In this document: in pieces, positions 1-11,639 of the stretch
How positions within the stretch are numbered: the first letter of the stretch is position 1
How the letters are laid out: every line of letters starts with the position of its first letter
Source of the DNA: Octopus bimaculoides
Lineage: Eukaryota
Length of the DNA: 60,272 nt
Direction of reading: 5' to 3'
Assembly: GCF_001194135.2 (NCBI RefSeq)
Contig: NC_068999.1
Span: forward strand, 20,304,449-20,364,720
The notes under the pieces: model-generated
Told to the model about the DNA's origin: nothing
Databases searched by the model: none
The model's input: the letters and a program-made list of their open reading frames with translations, nothing else
Made by a program: the position numbers and the translations under genes

Positions 1-167
1 TCTTCTTCTTCTTCTTCTTCTTCTTCTTCTTCTTCTTCTTCTTCTTCTTCTTCTTCGTATTTGTTAGGTAGATTGATTTCTTGTTTGTATTTGTCAGCTT
101 CCTTAAATACTGAAAACAGCTTTTTGTTTTGTTCGTGTTTTGTGGCTATTTGTATTAGTTTCCCTTA

Positions 168-217
<50 letters not shown>

Positions 218-243
218 GTTATTATTATCATCATCATCATTAT
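1..243. repeat. Compound microsatellite region: (TCT)n at 1-57 and (TAT/CAT)n at ~168-243
   Basis: Directly visible; it explains the poly-Tyr/His ORF 61..300. Confidence 0.95.
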
Positions 244-371
244 CGCCGGCGTCGACTCTGCCTTTCATCCTCTCGGGGCCGATACATTAAGTACCAGTGA
301 AACACTGAGGACGATGTAATCGACTGATCCTCACCCCCAAAGTTTCAAGACTTGTGCCAATAGTAGAACGG

Positions 372-442
<71 letters not shown>

Positions 443-470
443 CATTATTATTATTATCATTATTATTATT
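244..470 (+). mobile_element. 3' half of a tRNA-derived SINE with (TTA)n tail
   Basis: gtcgactctgcctttcatcctctcggggccgatacattaagtaccag...gatgtaatcgac...ttgtgccaa followed by (tta)n; the same motif recurs at 2190, 3620, 6070(-), 18150, 43500(-), 46226 and 53925(-). Confidence 0.8.
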
Positions 471-742
471 AAGGCAGTAAACGTGCAGAATTCGTACAGG
501 CTCTAGTAAAAGTCTTGTATTATCCGTTTACCTACAGATATTAACTTCCTACTTATATAGCATTCAGTTTTAATTCAACCTGGGTCGATAATATAAAGTA
601 CCACTTAAGTAATGGTGGAATTCGACTGACTGCATATTGCATATCACCCTTACTATATCTATTCTTGTTTCAGCGGGAAAAATCGTGTTTACAAGTTAAT
701 ACACTCACACAACCACATAAATATGCATATGACGTGTGTGTA

Positions 743-773
<31 letters not shown>

Positions 774-883
774 ACGTGTGTGTGTGTGTGTATGCGTGTG
801 TGTGTGTATGTGTGGGTGGGTGTACTTCATATACATTCTCACAAAGAAAGCTTCTCTGTAATATGAAAGCAGATTTGTAGTTA

Positions 884-1130
884 TAAGTATTTCTTATGTT
901 TTATTGATAATATTTTTTCGGCGTTTGTGATCACTTTGAAGAAAACTGTCTTCTGAAATTCACATAGAGCAGATTTACCGGTAAGTCCTTTGAATTTCTG
1001 CATTGAGTCACGCATCAATGTTCTTAATGCTCCTATAATTACAGAGAATTTGCTTGCGCCCATATGCCACTTCTTCGATATTTTCATTTTCAGCCTTTGA
1101 TATGCTTGTCACATTCCTGCTAATACCTCT
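884..1130 (-). mobile_element. R4/Dong-type (RLE) non-LTR retrotransposon, extreme C-terminal fragment
   Basis: Translates to AYQRLKMKISKKWHMGASKFSVIIGALRT...FQKTVFFKVITNAEKILSIK, matching the KYxDL...W...P+IIGALG...QK..L..T..ILRK.L end of R4-clade ORFs. It is paralogous to 24269-25012. Confidence 0.7.
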
Positions 1131-1379
1131 CAAGGTCGTTATTTAACAGTGAAGTAGGCTGCATGTAGTTAAAAAATAAGTAGTTTTCTTTATGGTAGAA
1201 TATAAAAAATGGACATTTCACAGAAGCGTCGACCGTATTATTCAAGCAGTCAGCCTGCAATTCTGAGGTGTAATCATACCTTCGTTATGGAAAATGCAAT
1301 TGAAAGTCCTTATATATGGAACGTAGACATTTCACTGAGTTCAATGGAGCTAATCACATTGTAGATGGATATTTCTAGC

Positions 1380-2700
1380 TAAGGAATATGTAGATTATTT
1401 CTCCATGCTTAACACCAGAGTAGAATTAAAAGAAGAAAAATAAATTTGGTTTTCTTTTTGTGATTAGATTCATTTCTTCAGATGTATTAACAGCATAGAA
1501 AAATGACATAGTTTTCTCGTATATGATGATGAATACATATAAAAGGGGAATTGAAAATAAGGCTGGTGTTTATTATACGGAACCTATCAAGAGATATGAA
1601 GAACACATTTAGTATAGGAAGATGGGAAAGTGATAGATCTTTACGTATATTGAAACCGACACTCAGTTTGAAACTTTCTATGAATGTACTTCACTCTTTA
1701 AATCATTTATGTAGTGATTTTTTTGAAGGAGAGGATGATTTATAATTTTAGTTTGGACTGCCTCGGCAAGTCCAAAATTTAGTTTTAGAACGAAAAGCAA
1801 TACATGATTATGATCTTTAATTTTTCATTGCAGTTCCTTAACGTATCATTTTAAACTATATCCTTCATACAGACTACATACCAGGATTCATTTCCTTGCC
1901 ATAGAATCCAATACCGATATATACGTATTAGTTGCTATAATCATGAATTAGTTATTGTATATTGTCCTACAGAGGAAAACATATATGAACTCAAGGTTAG
2001 ATGTGTTTCGCTTTTTTAGACTGCTCTGCGGTAAAATGGTCTCAAAGTTCATATGTTAGGGCTGCCGTAGGGAAAGCATTCGTACATTCATACATGAAGT
2101 TAGTAAATTGGTAAAATATAAGCCAGCGTAATAATTACGAATAAAAAACGTGACACCGAAGAAATTTTAATATATACAAAGTGCTAATGTGGCGAACTTT
2201 AATCCTTAGCACGCTGGGCAAGAAGCTCTGCAGCTTTTCGTCGGTCTTTACTATGTTCTGAATTCAAATTGCGCCGTACTGGAGTCGATGCATTCGACTA
2301 CCCCTTCCCACAACTTGCTAATCTTGTGCCAAAATTTGAATTCAGTATTTACAAAGCGCGAGTCCCGTTGCTGATTATTTTCAACAGACAAGTTAAATAT
2401 AAATTCTTCGGTTATTCAAGACGAATTTATTTTCATTTGACCAAGTACAATATCCGTACATGTTGATGGTTGTAATACTTGGAATTCGGTACGGTAAAAA
2501 TCATAAAATTGCTTTCGGATATTACGATGTTACGACAGAATTTTAATTCCCTTTAAAGATAGAGCTGTTGTACCTAATCAATTTTGAAAATGAATGTCTT
2601 CTCTATTTCGATTTTATTTGAGTCAATTGAGGATACATTTCTTTCACCAAATGTTTTATACTTCAAGAAGAATATTTTGTCGTAAACCAAGAGAAACTAG
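1380..2700 (+). mobile_element. Decayed Penelope-like element (PLE) reverse transcriptase, interrupted by a SINE at ~2190-2350
   Basis: Successive degenerate motifs in the right order: F*FGLPRQVQ (FYGLPKIHK-like, ~1750), DL*FFIAVP (DLKFRPIIAGP-like, ~1810), AAVGKAFVHSYMKLV (GTAMG..AP.YA-like, ~2060) and TKYNI (thumb-like, ~2440). Many stops. Confidence 0.55.
2190..2350 (+). mobile_element. Internally deleted tRNA-derived SINE
   Basis: tggcgaact...ttagcacgctgggc...ttctgaattcaaattgcgccg...gtcgatgcattcgac...cttgtgccaaaatttgaa. Confidence 0.7.
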
Positions 2701-3619
2701 CACTCTCTGCTTAGGCTGATCTGAAATGTTTCAGAGAAATTCCTTCATAACCAGCCACTCTATCTCGATTCTTTTATTGTAAGTGCCTAGCATTAAGCTT
2801 ACGCAAGTTCTAATTTTATTCTCTTTACATAGATAGCTTGTCAATGAAGTTTTAAAGTAGAAGCGTTTATACAATTCACCTGAAGCTTTCCTGCATTATA
2901 AGCACTAATGTTTTGTACCACATTACCACATTTCCTCATTTAATTCAGTAGCGAAAATTATACGCATTAATATATATATATATATATATATANNNNNNNN
3001 NNNNNNNNNNNNNNNNNNNNNNNNNNNNNNNNNNNNNNNNNNNNNNNNNNNNNNNNNNNNNNNNNNNNNNNNNNNNNNNNNNNNNNNNNNNNNNNNNNNN
3101 NNNNNNNNNNNNNNNNNNNNNNNNNNNNNNNNNNNNNNNNNNNNNNNNNNNNNNNNNNNNNNNNNNNNNNNNNNNNNNNNNNNNNNNNNNNNNNNNNNNN
3201 NNNNNNNNNNNNNNNNNNNNNNNNNNNNNNNNNNNNNNNNNNNNNNNNNNNNNNNNNNNNNNNNNNNNNNNNNNNNNNNNNNNNNNNNNNNNNNNNNNNN
3301 NNNNNNNNNNNNNNNNNNNNNNNNNNNNNNNNNNNNNNNNNNNNNNNNNNNNNNNNNNNNNNNNNNNNNNNNNNNNNNNNNNNNNNNNNNNNNNNNNNNN
3401 NNNNNNNNNNNNNNNNNNNNNNNNNNNNNNNNNNNNNNNNNNNNNNNNNNNNNNNNNNNNNNNNNNNNNNNNNNNNNNNNNNNNNNNNNNNNNNNNNNNN
3501 NNNNNNNNNNNNNNNNNNNNNNNNNNNNNNNNNNNNNNNNNNNNNNNNNNNNNNNNNNNNNNNNNNNNNNNNNNNNNNNNNNNNNTATATATAGGTAGGT
3601 AGGTAGGTAGGTTTGTTAA

Positions 3620-3810
3620 CACGCCGGGGAAAATGTTTTATGGTATTTCGACAGTCCGTATAATCTCGGTTCGAATTTTGCCGTGATCGATATTGACAGT
3701 TATCCGTTCAAAATCGATAATATAAGCACCGTTTGAGTACGGGGGTCGATGTAATCGATTACTCCCTCTTCCGGACTTGCTGGCCTTTTGCCAAAATTTG
3801 AAACTTATAT
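3620..3810 (+). mobile_element. tRNA-derived SINE, degenerate
   Basis: ttaacacgccggg...ggttcgaattttgccg...gggggtcgatgtaatcgatt...ttgctggccttttgccaaaatttgaaac. Confidence 0.75.
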
Positions 3811-3869
3811 TGGTAGATAGATGTATGTGTGTGTGTGTATGTGTTTCTCTGTGCGTGGATGCGGCCATA

Positions 3870-4120
3870 GGTCACTACTTGAAATTTCAGAATTTTACCG
3901 ACGGAGCAGCGGTCTTCGCTTATTTATATTTTAAAAAATTCAAAATACCTACGATACCTCCAGAGCTCTTTATAGTAACAGTTAACGCAGCTCACATGAC
4001 ACACATGAAAACAACACTCATTAGCAAAAGAAAAGTTAATGACCGAATTTTGCTTCTTTTAAAATTGATGATTATATTTATCTCGGAATTTGCATGTTGG
4101 ATGAATGTGTATCTCTAGCA
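3870..4120 (-). pseudogene. Possible class A GPCR remnant (end of TM5 to TM6)
   Basis: One frame reads RYTFIQHANSEINIIINFKRSKIRSLTFLLLMSVVFMCVM*A, which is a basic ICL3 followed by a T..LL..S.VF TM6-like segment. The match is short and was made by eye. Confidence 0.35.
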
Positions 4121-4743
4121 TCGAGGGCAATGCAACACTAGATAATAAAAAGTCGCATTGATCTATTGTTGAAAGGTTGAAATTATTAAGTTGTAGGAAG
4201 GACAAAAAAGAGAAATATACATTCATATACAGGACACAGACTGGCGGTGAGAGGCTTTTCAGTTTTCCAATCGTGCAGGGAACACGTTAGATATTGAGAT
4301 GGTTGTAGGCATTTAAATATGCAAAAATACGCCTTTTCATAATAGAAATGTTTTCTCCGATTTACAAATAACTATATGCACTTTGAATGGCATGTAGAAT
4401 TGCACTTATTACTTGCTCTAAATGAATATGTGTTACCTGTAGACATATACTAAACATCTAGGGCGTTGTTCCAGCATAGCCGCGGTCAACCGACTGAAAC
4501 AAGTAGAAGAATGAAAGAATATACGGGATAAATATATACTAAACATTTATTTGAGATTTATCACTCTCTCTCTCTCTCTCTCTCTTTCTCTATATCTCTC
4601 TTTCCTTCTTTCTCACTTTCTCTCTCAGCGTCTCTTTCAGTCTACCAGAAAGAATAAGAGGGAAATTTAATATAAAATTTACCAAGCGAGGAGGTTCCAC
4701 TGAGAAATAAAATCACGGATTCTTACACTTCTTTTCACACACA

Positions 4744-4811
<68 letters not shown>

Positions 4812-4813
4812 CT

Positions 4814-4853
4814 GGCCATGACGAAGGGAAATAGCCCTGAAACTCGAGTCGCC
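4814..4853 (+). ncRNA. Minimal type I hammerhead ribozyme-like motif with one core defect
   Basis: ggc-caTGACGA-aggg(aaatag)ccct-GAAA-c(tcga)g-TC-gcc. Stem I ggc/gcc, stem II aggg/ccct, stem III inside the palindrome ACTCGAGT, GUC cleavage triplet ending at 4850. The CUGANGA box has one insertion or substitution. Confidence 0.7.
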
Positions 4854-5399
4854 TTTATATATNNNNNNNNNNNNNNNNNNNNNNNNNNNNNNNNNNNNNN
4901 NNNNNNNNNNNNNNNNNNNNNNNNNNNNNNNNNNNNNNNNNNNNNNNNNNNNNNNNNNNNNNNNNNNNNNNNNNNNNNNNNNNNNNNNNNNNNNNNNNNN
5001 NNNNNNNNNNNNNNNNNNNNNNNNNNNNNNNNNNNNNNNNNNNNNNNNNNNNNNNNNNNNNNNNNNNNNNNNNNNNNNNNNNNNNNNNNNNNNNNNNNNN
5101 NNNNNNNNNNNNNNNNNNNNNNNNNNNNNNNNNNNNNNNNNNNNNNNNNNNNNNNNNNNNNNNNNNNNNNNNNNNNNNNNNNNNNNNNNNNNNNNNNNNN
5201 NNNNNNNNNNNNNNNNNNNNNNNNNNNNNNNNNNNNNNNNNNNNNNNNNNNNNNNNNNNNNNNNNNNNNNNNNNNNNNNNNNNNNNNNNNNNNNNNNNNN
5301 NNNNNNNNNNNNNNNNNNNNNNNNNNNNNNNNNNNNNNNNNNNNNNNNNNNNNNNNNNNNNNNNNNNNNNNNNNNNNNNNNNNNNNNNNNNNNNNNNNN

Positions 5400-5432
<33 letters not shown>

Positions 5433-5840
5433 CACGTGTCCCTCTACCATCACTTGACAACCTCCCGCTAGAGAGGTCGCATCGATCCACTGAATTTCCT
5501 CAAGGCCCCAGATTCACCGCAATCTAATGACCGAAGAAAGTCAACAATAAAAATATATACATACCTACACACGCATAATCGATAGTTAATCATTATCTGC
5601 AATTTAACGTTGAGGTTGTATTAGAATAAAGAATACTGCGCAATTTACCTTCAGAAGATCTCTCATAGGACTCGTGGTTTATGAAAGCAATCATAATTCT
5701 ATAATTGACAGATGAGAACGACTTCCTACGACCGTCTGGATGGCCAGATCACGAGGTTTCGCTCTATTTACCACTGCTCAGTGGCAGGTCTCCAGCAGCA
5801 TGGTAACAGCCGAATTGCCCATCAACGATATATATGATTA

Positions 5841-6055
5841 CAATGTCCACACAGGTACTGATGTCGCAAATATCCAATGGGCTTATTGAAATATAAGAGT
5901 GCTTTTATGTACCAAGAGCTCATATCACAAGTCCACGCGAGGTAAATAATGTTGTATATTGTGTTCTGACACAAACTCCACGTTCAGCTCTGTCGCTGAT
6001 AATATTTTAATAAGCCCACTGGCGATTTGCGGCATGATGACCTGAATAGACATTG
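5841..6055. repeat. Old fold-back or MITE-like element with 54-bp imperfect inverted arms (5841-5894 / 6002-6055)
   Basis: Manual ungapped comparison gives 43/54 identical positions between the left arm and the reverse complement of the right arm. Confidence 0.65.
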
Positions 6056-6069
6056 ATATTCTACATGTC

Positions 6070-6280
6070 AGTTTCAAATTTTGGCACAACGCCAGCAATT
6101 TCGGTTCAAGGGGTAAGTCTAAGTCGATACCATCGACCCCATTGCCCAAATGGTACTTATTTTATCAGCCTTAGAAGGATGAAAGACAAGGTCATCCTCA
6201 GCGTAATGCGAACTCAGAATATATATATTCCGTCAAGCACGTTGCTCGGCGTGACAACGATTCTACTACCTCGGCCATAT
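6070..6280 (-). mobile_element. tRNA-derived SINE
   Basis: Reverse complement of the family motif: tttcaaattttggcacaacgccagcaatt...tggtacttattttatcagcc...ggatgaaagacaaggtc...gcacgttgctcggcgtgacaacgattct. Confidence 0.75.
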
Positions 6281-7299
6281 TGATATCCTCTATATTGTTG
6301 ACGGAAGATTCAGCTGTAATAACACAATCGGATGACCATCACTGAAAAGCTAAACTGAGAGTGAAATTACATGATGTGGCAGTTCCTGCGGCCATATTTC
6401 CAAACTACGAAGGTGACCTAATCATTTTAATTTCCATATTAGACCACTGTAATGGAACTTATACTAATTATATCATTATTTCCATAATTGCAAATTTCAG
6501 GACAAACAAACACTTTTTTATACAGTCATCTTCCCACAAGATAACCTATAAGCCCCGAAATTGTCATAACTGCGTACTGAATTAGGAGTGCCCTACCACT
6601 CATATACTTTTTTTTTTTCATTTTTTAATACAAGTTGCGACTCATTCTAGCAACCGAAAATTTGAAATAAGTAGATTCTTTCGAAAGATATACTCCGTGT
6701 TTCTACCATACAACCTCAATGGGCTTATATTTCTATTGTTTACTAATGATGTCTTCCATATACAAATTGTAGTCATGTTAACACGTCTACCTATTTATAA
6801 CTGAATAATTTAGCACTTTGCTTGTAAAAATACTTCGGTTTGTACAAATAATTTAGTCTTTTCTTCACCCACAAACAATTAATTTGCAGATACTATACTT
6901 CTGTGATTTTAAAAGTTTCTTTCATCTTGATTATTATGTGAAATTTATATATTGAAGACCTCGAAAGGTGATCACCTTTTCGTTTAAGCACTTTTCTAAT
7001 TTTATTTCATATTAATTCAACTGACTTTATTTTATTTGATAACTCATATAGTTAATTTGTTTTTATATGTATATACTATGTATTTATCTATGTGATTATG
7101 TAATAAACCAATGCAATACTTTTAGACTTAATGTATTTTAATTTATCATTGCCTGTCGGTCTATATTTCATCTTACTTGTTTTTCCTATCTTGATACTTT
7201 TCTTTGTATTTGTTCTTTTGAAAAAGAAAAAACCATATAATCTTATATCAGATCTTGATTAAAAGTTTTTTATCAATTTTCACTTCATTCAATTGATTT

Positions 7300-7770
7300 A
7301 TTTACCAACATCTTCCAATTAATCGATATTCGGAGAATAAAATATTATATCCTGCCTTTATGCCTATGGAGTATTATTAATTTCTTGAGCAAAACTTCAA
7401 ATATTACCTCTTTATACATTTGGTATTAAGTTATATTTTTATTAAATCCTACACTTGTTTCTCATATACTTAACCGCATTCAGAACTATTTCAATTTGTT
7501 TACGAATGCATAAAATCTTCCAAGAATTTTCATCTTAGGCACCTATTATCCAGCACCTTTACATATGTTTCCTCTCTAATATTTCATTTATAAAACTAAT
7601 GAACTTGAACACTTTTCTTACACCGTTAATATGATAAATATACTTAACCCGACTAAATTTGCTGAAACGTTACCATAACTTAACAGAATTCCCAGGCCTT
7701 TACTGAATAATAAAAATTATTTCCCTTGAAATATTAAGCACAATTCGGTCTTCAATATCCCTACAGCTAT
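7300..7770 (-). mobile_element. Possible highly decayed N-terminal part of a Penelope-like ORF
   Basis: VLNIS...FSKGLGI (NLS...LSKGL.F-like) and, downstream, IILHRHKGR (I.K.ADKG-like), in broken frames. Confidence 0.3.
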
Positions 7771-8070
7771 ATGTCTTTAAATATATTACCTTCCACTTCA
7801 CATTTAAATTTTTACAGGCGAAAAGTTTCTATCGATGATTCGCTCCATCATTTCGCTTTGTTATCCATCCCAACTTTTTTTCCTCACTTTCACACATTCT
7901 CTTTTTTTGTATGTCTTATCTATTTATCTAGTTATATATCTATATATCTCACTATCTATTTATTTATCTAGGTCTGTTTGTCTATCTATCTATTTATATA
8001 TCTATTTATCTATCTATTTATTAACCTCTATCTAACCGTATATCTATCTATCTATCTATCTGTCTGTATG

Positions 8071-8107
<37 letters not shown>

Positions 8108-8474
8108 ATATATATATATATCTATCTAAATATCTATCTATCTGTCTATCTATGTATCTATCTATGTATCTATCCCTCTATCTACAGCCGTATGCGGTGT
8201 TATAGAAACAGCTGTCCTGTCATTTGCATCATTTCCGTATGGTGCTGAGAAGTTCTTCTGGTGGAAATGGAAGAAGCTGATTCTAAACACTAATTATTCA
8301 TGCACAATACACAGACAAACAAACACACTTACAGACAAAAACACTCACGCGGAATACACACATTTATATTTAATGGAACAAAATGAGATTTTTAAAAAGT
8401 TAACTATTTAAAAAATATTTTACAGAATGTTACCAATATTATAGGAAGAAGCATTGTGCGTATATTGTGTCTTT

Positions 8475-8511
8475 TGTGCGCAAGTGCTTTCGCTATTTAG
8501 CTTTTCAAACA
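8475..8511 (-). ncRNA. Fossil minimal type I hammerhead ribozyme in the 3' region of a Penelope-like element
   Basis: tgt-TTGAAAA-gct(aaat)agc-GAAA-gca(ct)tgc-GC-aca. All three stems pair and the spacing is exact, but C3, G8 and U16.1 are substituted. It lies ~60-100 nt 3' of the GIY-YIG ORF end. Confidence 0.5.
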
Positions 8512-8569
8512 CACGTGTTCCAGGCGAATGCGTATAGAAGAAGCTGATCTTAGTAATGATGTTGACTAC

Positions 8570-9010
8570 TTCCGGTTTAGTTTCAGAGTTGTACCTTTCG
8601 TATTTCATTATTTTCATCTTTCATTTTATAAACCTGAGATATTGTTTGTTTTCCATTTGCAAAAATGTGTAGATGCTTACTGCACGGAGCATTTCTAAAA
8701 GATAAAATCTACAATTTGCTGTTTATGCACGCTTACACGCATATATAGTGTTGCTCGTTTTTCCTCAATATACTTCTCGTGGCATTGTTGGCATGCGATG
8801 TAGCAGATGGGATTTTCATATCTGCATTCAATAAAATTTCCTGTCTGTATTATATCTTTCTCCGATAGGAACCCCGCATTTCTTTTGTCTTTTGGAATTT
8901 GGTTGTTGTCTTCGTGTGCTGATGATTTGTGAATTTTTAATTATTTGGCGAAGATTTGATGACTGATATCAACTCTGTAGGTATCTTTTGGCTGAATGCA
9001 GTATGTCGCT
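8570..9010 (-). mobile_element. Penelope-like element GIY-YIG endonuclease domain remnant
   Basis: An ~80-codon open stretch (8940-8698) reads ...ECRYENPICYIACQQCHEKYIEEKRATLYMRVSVHKQQI, fitting C...N.IY...C..C...YIG.T...L..R...H, followed by a YKM...IRK-like tail. Confidence 0.75.
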
Positions 9011-9023
9011 CTTAGCACAGTAG

Positions 9024-9232
9024 TATGAGGCAAGGGGTAAGCCTCAGCATGGGTTAGTGTATGTTAGTCTTTTATGTGATGTATGTACATCGTAATAGCA
9101 GTAGGCGTTACACAGAGCACTCGTTCATCATTACCCGAGTTAACTCGCTATTATCAGTTTTGTTAGTGATATTCTTCAGGTTTTTACATATTTTTCTATA
9201 GCTTTATGAGACCTTTCGTCTCCCTACCCCAC

Positions 9233-9274
<42 letters not shown>

Positions 9275-9379
9275 TTCTCTCTTTCTCTCTCACTCTCCTA
9301 TCTGGTCACATATGTGTGGATTCCACTATGATTAGTTTTGATCTTACATGGTTGATATTATGTTTTGTCTCTTCGCCTG
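9024..9379. repeat. Dispersed direct repeat, copy 1 (copy 2 at 10852-11129); possibly a PLE pseudo-LTR
   Basis: Shared blocks tatgaggc..cctcagcat, caggtttttacatattt..tatagctttatga..ttcgtctc, ctggtcacatat..tggattc and gttgatattat..ttttg. Copy 1 has a (CT)n expansion. Confidence 0.75.
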
Positions 9380-9439
9380 AGTATAAATAAATATTTATAT
9401 TTCTGTTTGTTTCCAACCGAAGTGTGAGTATTCCTCCTT

Positions 9440-9690
9440 AAAGATTCCCAAACAATGTGATCTACAATTACGTCCGCTTATTGCAGGGACAGAATCTACC
9501 TCCCAGCGATTTAGTAGCTTGTTTGTCATAATTTTGAAATCTTTTGGCAAATTAGTCCCGAAGTTCATCAAAGATGTCATCGACTTCCTAAACCATATTC
9601 TAGAGTAGTAGAGAAAGCGACAATCCTAGGTGGCTTTGATGTGTCCAATCTCTACCCACATTTCCCACTCCTGTGGATTAGGATAAGAAA
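9440..9690 (+). mobile_element. Penelope-like RT fragment
   Basis: QLRPLIAGTESTSQRFSSLFVIILKSFGKLVPKFIKDVIDFLNHI, then after a frameshift ILGGFDVSNLYPHFP. These match the RPIIA..., FIKD..DFL and FDV.SLYT.IP motifs of PLE RT. Confidence 0.75.
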
Positions 9691-9967
9691 CAGTAGTATT
9701 TTGGATAGGCAAATCCGCTAACTTCTTTCACAAGGGTTTGTTAGATTATTGTTACCTAACTTTTTTTAGCTTAACATTTTAATGATTGTGATTGCATCAA
9801 GTAACTGTTACGAAAGGTTACACATACACGCATGCATACACACACACACATACGCACACATACACACACGCACATACACACACACACACACTCATATATA
9901 TATATAAATTTATCTCTCTCTCTATATATATACATATACATACACACAGAAACACATACACATGCAA

Positions 9968-10006
<39 letters not shown>

Positions 10007-10008
<2 letters not shown>

Positions 10009-10432
10009 CGCAGGAGTGGCTGTGTGGTAAGTAGCTTGCTTACCAACCACATGGTTCCGGGTTCAGTCCCACTGCGTGTCCTTGGACAAGTGTCTTCTAC
10101 TATAGCCTCGGGCCGACCAAAGCTTTGTGAATGGATTTGGTAGATGGAAACTAAAAGAAGCCCGTCGTATATATGTATATATATATATGTGTGTGTTTGT
10201 GTGTTTGTGTATATATCTTTGTGTATCTATGTTTGTCCCCCCAACATCGCTTGACAACCATTGCTGGTGTGTTTATGTTCCCGTAACTTAGCGGTTGGGC
10301 AAAAGAGCCCGATAGAATAAGTACCAGGCTTACAAAGAATAAGTCCTAGGGTCGATTTGCTCAACTAAAGGAAGTGCTCCAGTATGGCCGCAGTCAAATG
10401 ACTGAAACAAGTAAAAGAGTAAAAGAGTAAAA

Positions 10433-10434
<2 letters not shown>
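10007..10434 (+). mobile_element. Full-length young tRNA-derived SINE with internal (TA/TG)n and (GTAAAAGA)n tail
   Basis: A box-like gtggctgtgtggtaag and B box-like ggttccgggttcagtccc; ends gtcaaatgactgaaacaagtaaaagagtaaaagagtaaaaga. Confidence 0.9.
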
Positions 10435-10473
<39 letters not shown>

Positions 10474-10557
10474 TGGTGAATAGACAAACAATAGAATAGG
10501 ACATTCAACACAATTAGTGGGAGTTTACATGTATTATTTAAAACAGAACCGAACTCA

Positions 10558-10600
<43 letters not shown>

Positions 10601-10851
10601 CATTTATTTGCCTCTAGGGCAAAGGATGAGATAGACAATACAAACAGGCATTAAAGTTTGAGGGTTTACATATAATGAAATGATAAAACAATAAAAAAAA
10701 AGTAAGTACACACGATATACATTGAAAAGAATGGGAAATATAGTTTTATAAAAGGGGTGTAAAATAAGAAAACCGAAAAGTGGTGACAACGTTGGGTTCA
10801 AAATTTAGTCTCAGTTGTGGTTTGAAAATTCTACTCCAGTATCTAGAGAAA

Positions 10852-11129
10852 TATGAGGCGAGGCGTCAACCTCAGCATAGGTCAGTCTTTATATACTACA
10901 CGTACATATTAATAACAATAAACTTTACAGAGAGCCCTATCAGATTTGTTACCTGGGTTGACCCTCTGCTATCACTTTTGTTATTGTTATTCGACAGGTT
11001 TTTACATATTTTTATAGCTTTATGACTCGTTTTCGTCTCTCCCTCTCCCTCTGGTCACATATATTTGGATTCTAAATATGATTCTTTTTTTTCCTTTATT
11101 GTTGATATTATATTTTGCCCCTTCCCCGG
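10852..11129. repeat. Dispersed direct repeat, copy 2 (see 9024-9379)
   Basis: Same conserved blocks as copy 1, in the same orientation, ~1.8 kb away. Confidence 0.75.
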
Positions 11130-11415
11130 ACATGTTTTTTTTCTTTTAATAGTAGTAATTTGCATAACACGAAAAACATTTATCTAAGGAGATTTAACAT
11201 CCACTGTTACATTTATTACGTGATGCTAATAATGTGAGTATATGATTGCATAATATTCCTAAAATGTTATGTAATTATTTAGATGAGAGGTGTGTAAGTC
11301 CTAAAACTTTGTATACTGCACTTGTTTCTACTTACAATTATATATATATGAGGGGGTGTTTATGTTTGCGTGTGTGTTTGTGTTTGTGTGTAGATATGTG
11401 TGTAACTGTGTGAGG

Positions 11416-11459
<44 letters not shown>

Positions 11460-11579
11460 GTCTGTGCGCTTGTGTGTCTGCTTGTGTGTACAGATATATA
11501 TATATATATATATATATNNNNNNNNNNNNNNNNNNNNNNNNNNNNNNNNNNNNNNNNNNNNNNNNNNNNNNNNNNNNNN

Positions 11580-11639
<60 letters not shown>

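Noticed and set aside
5743-5785. Hammerhead-like spacing on the minus strand (gcca-CTGAGCA...GAAAC..ATC-tggc)
   Set aside because: G8 is changed, stems II and III do not pair, and a local palindrome (ccactg/cagtgg) explains part of the pattern.
8760-8830. Plus-strand TM2-like peptide NILLVALLACDVADGIF
   Set aside because: It is the antisense reading of the GIY-YIG domain; this also shows that TM-like words can arise by chance.
9120-9190. CTGAAGA plus stem-loop plus palindrome on the minus strand of the repeat module (also ~10940-11000)
   Set aside because: No GAAA box and no stem I partner in either copy; it would need a 7-nt deletion plus other changes to be a hammerhead.
10007-10080. tRNA-like A and B boxes here and in other SINE heads
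   Set aside because: They continue into SINE body and tail and give no complete cloverleaf, so they are not tRNA genes.
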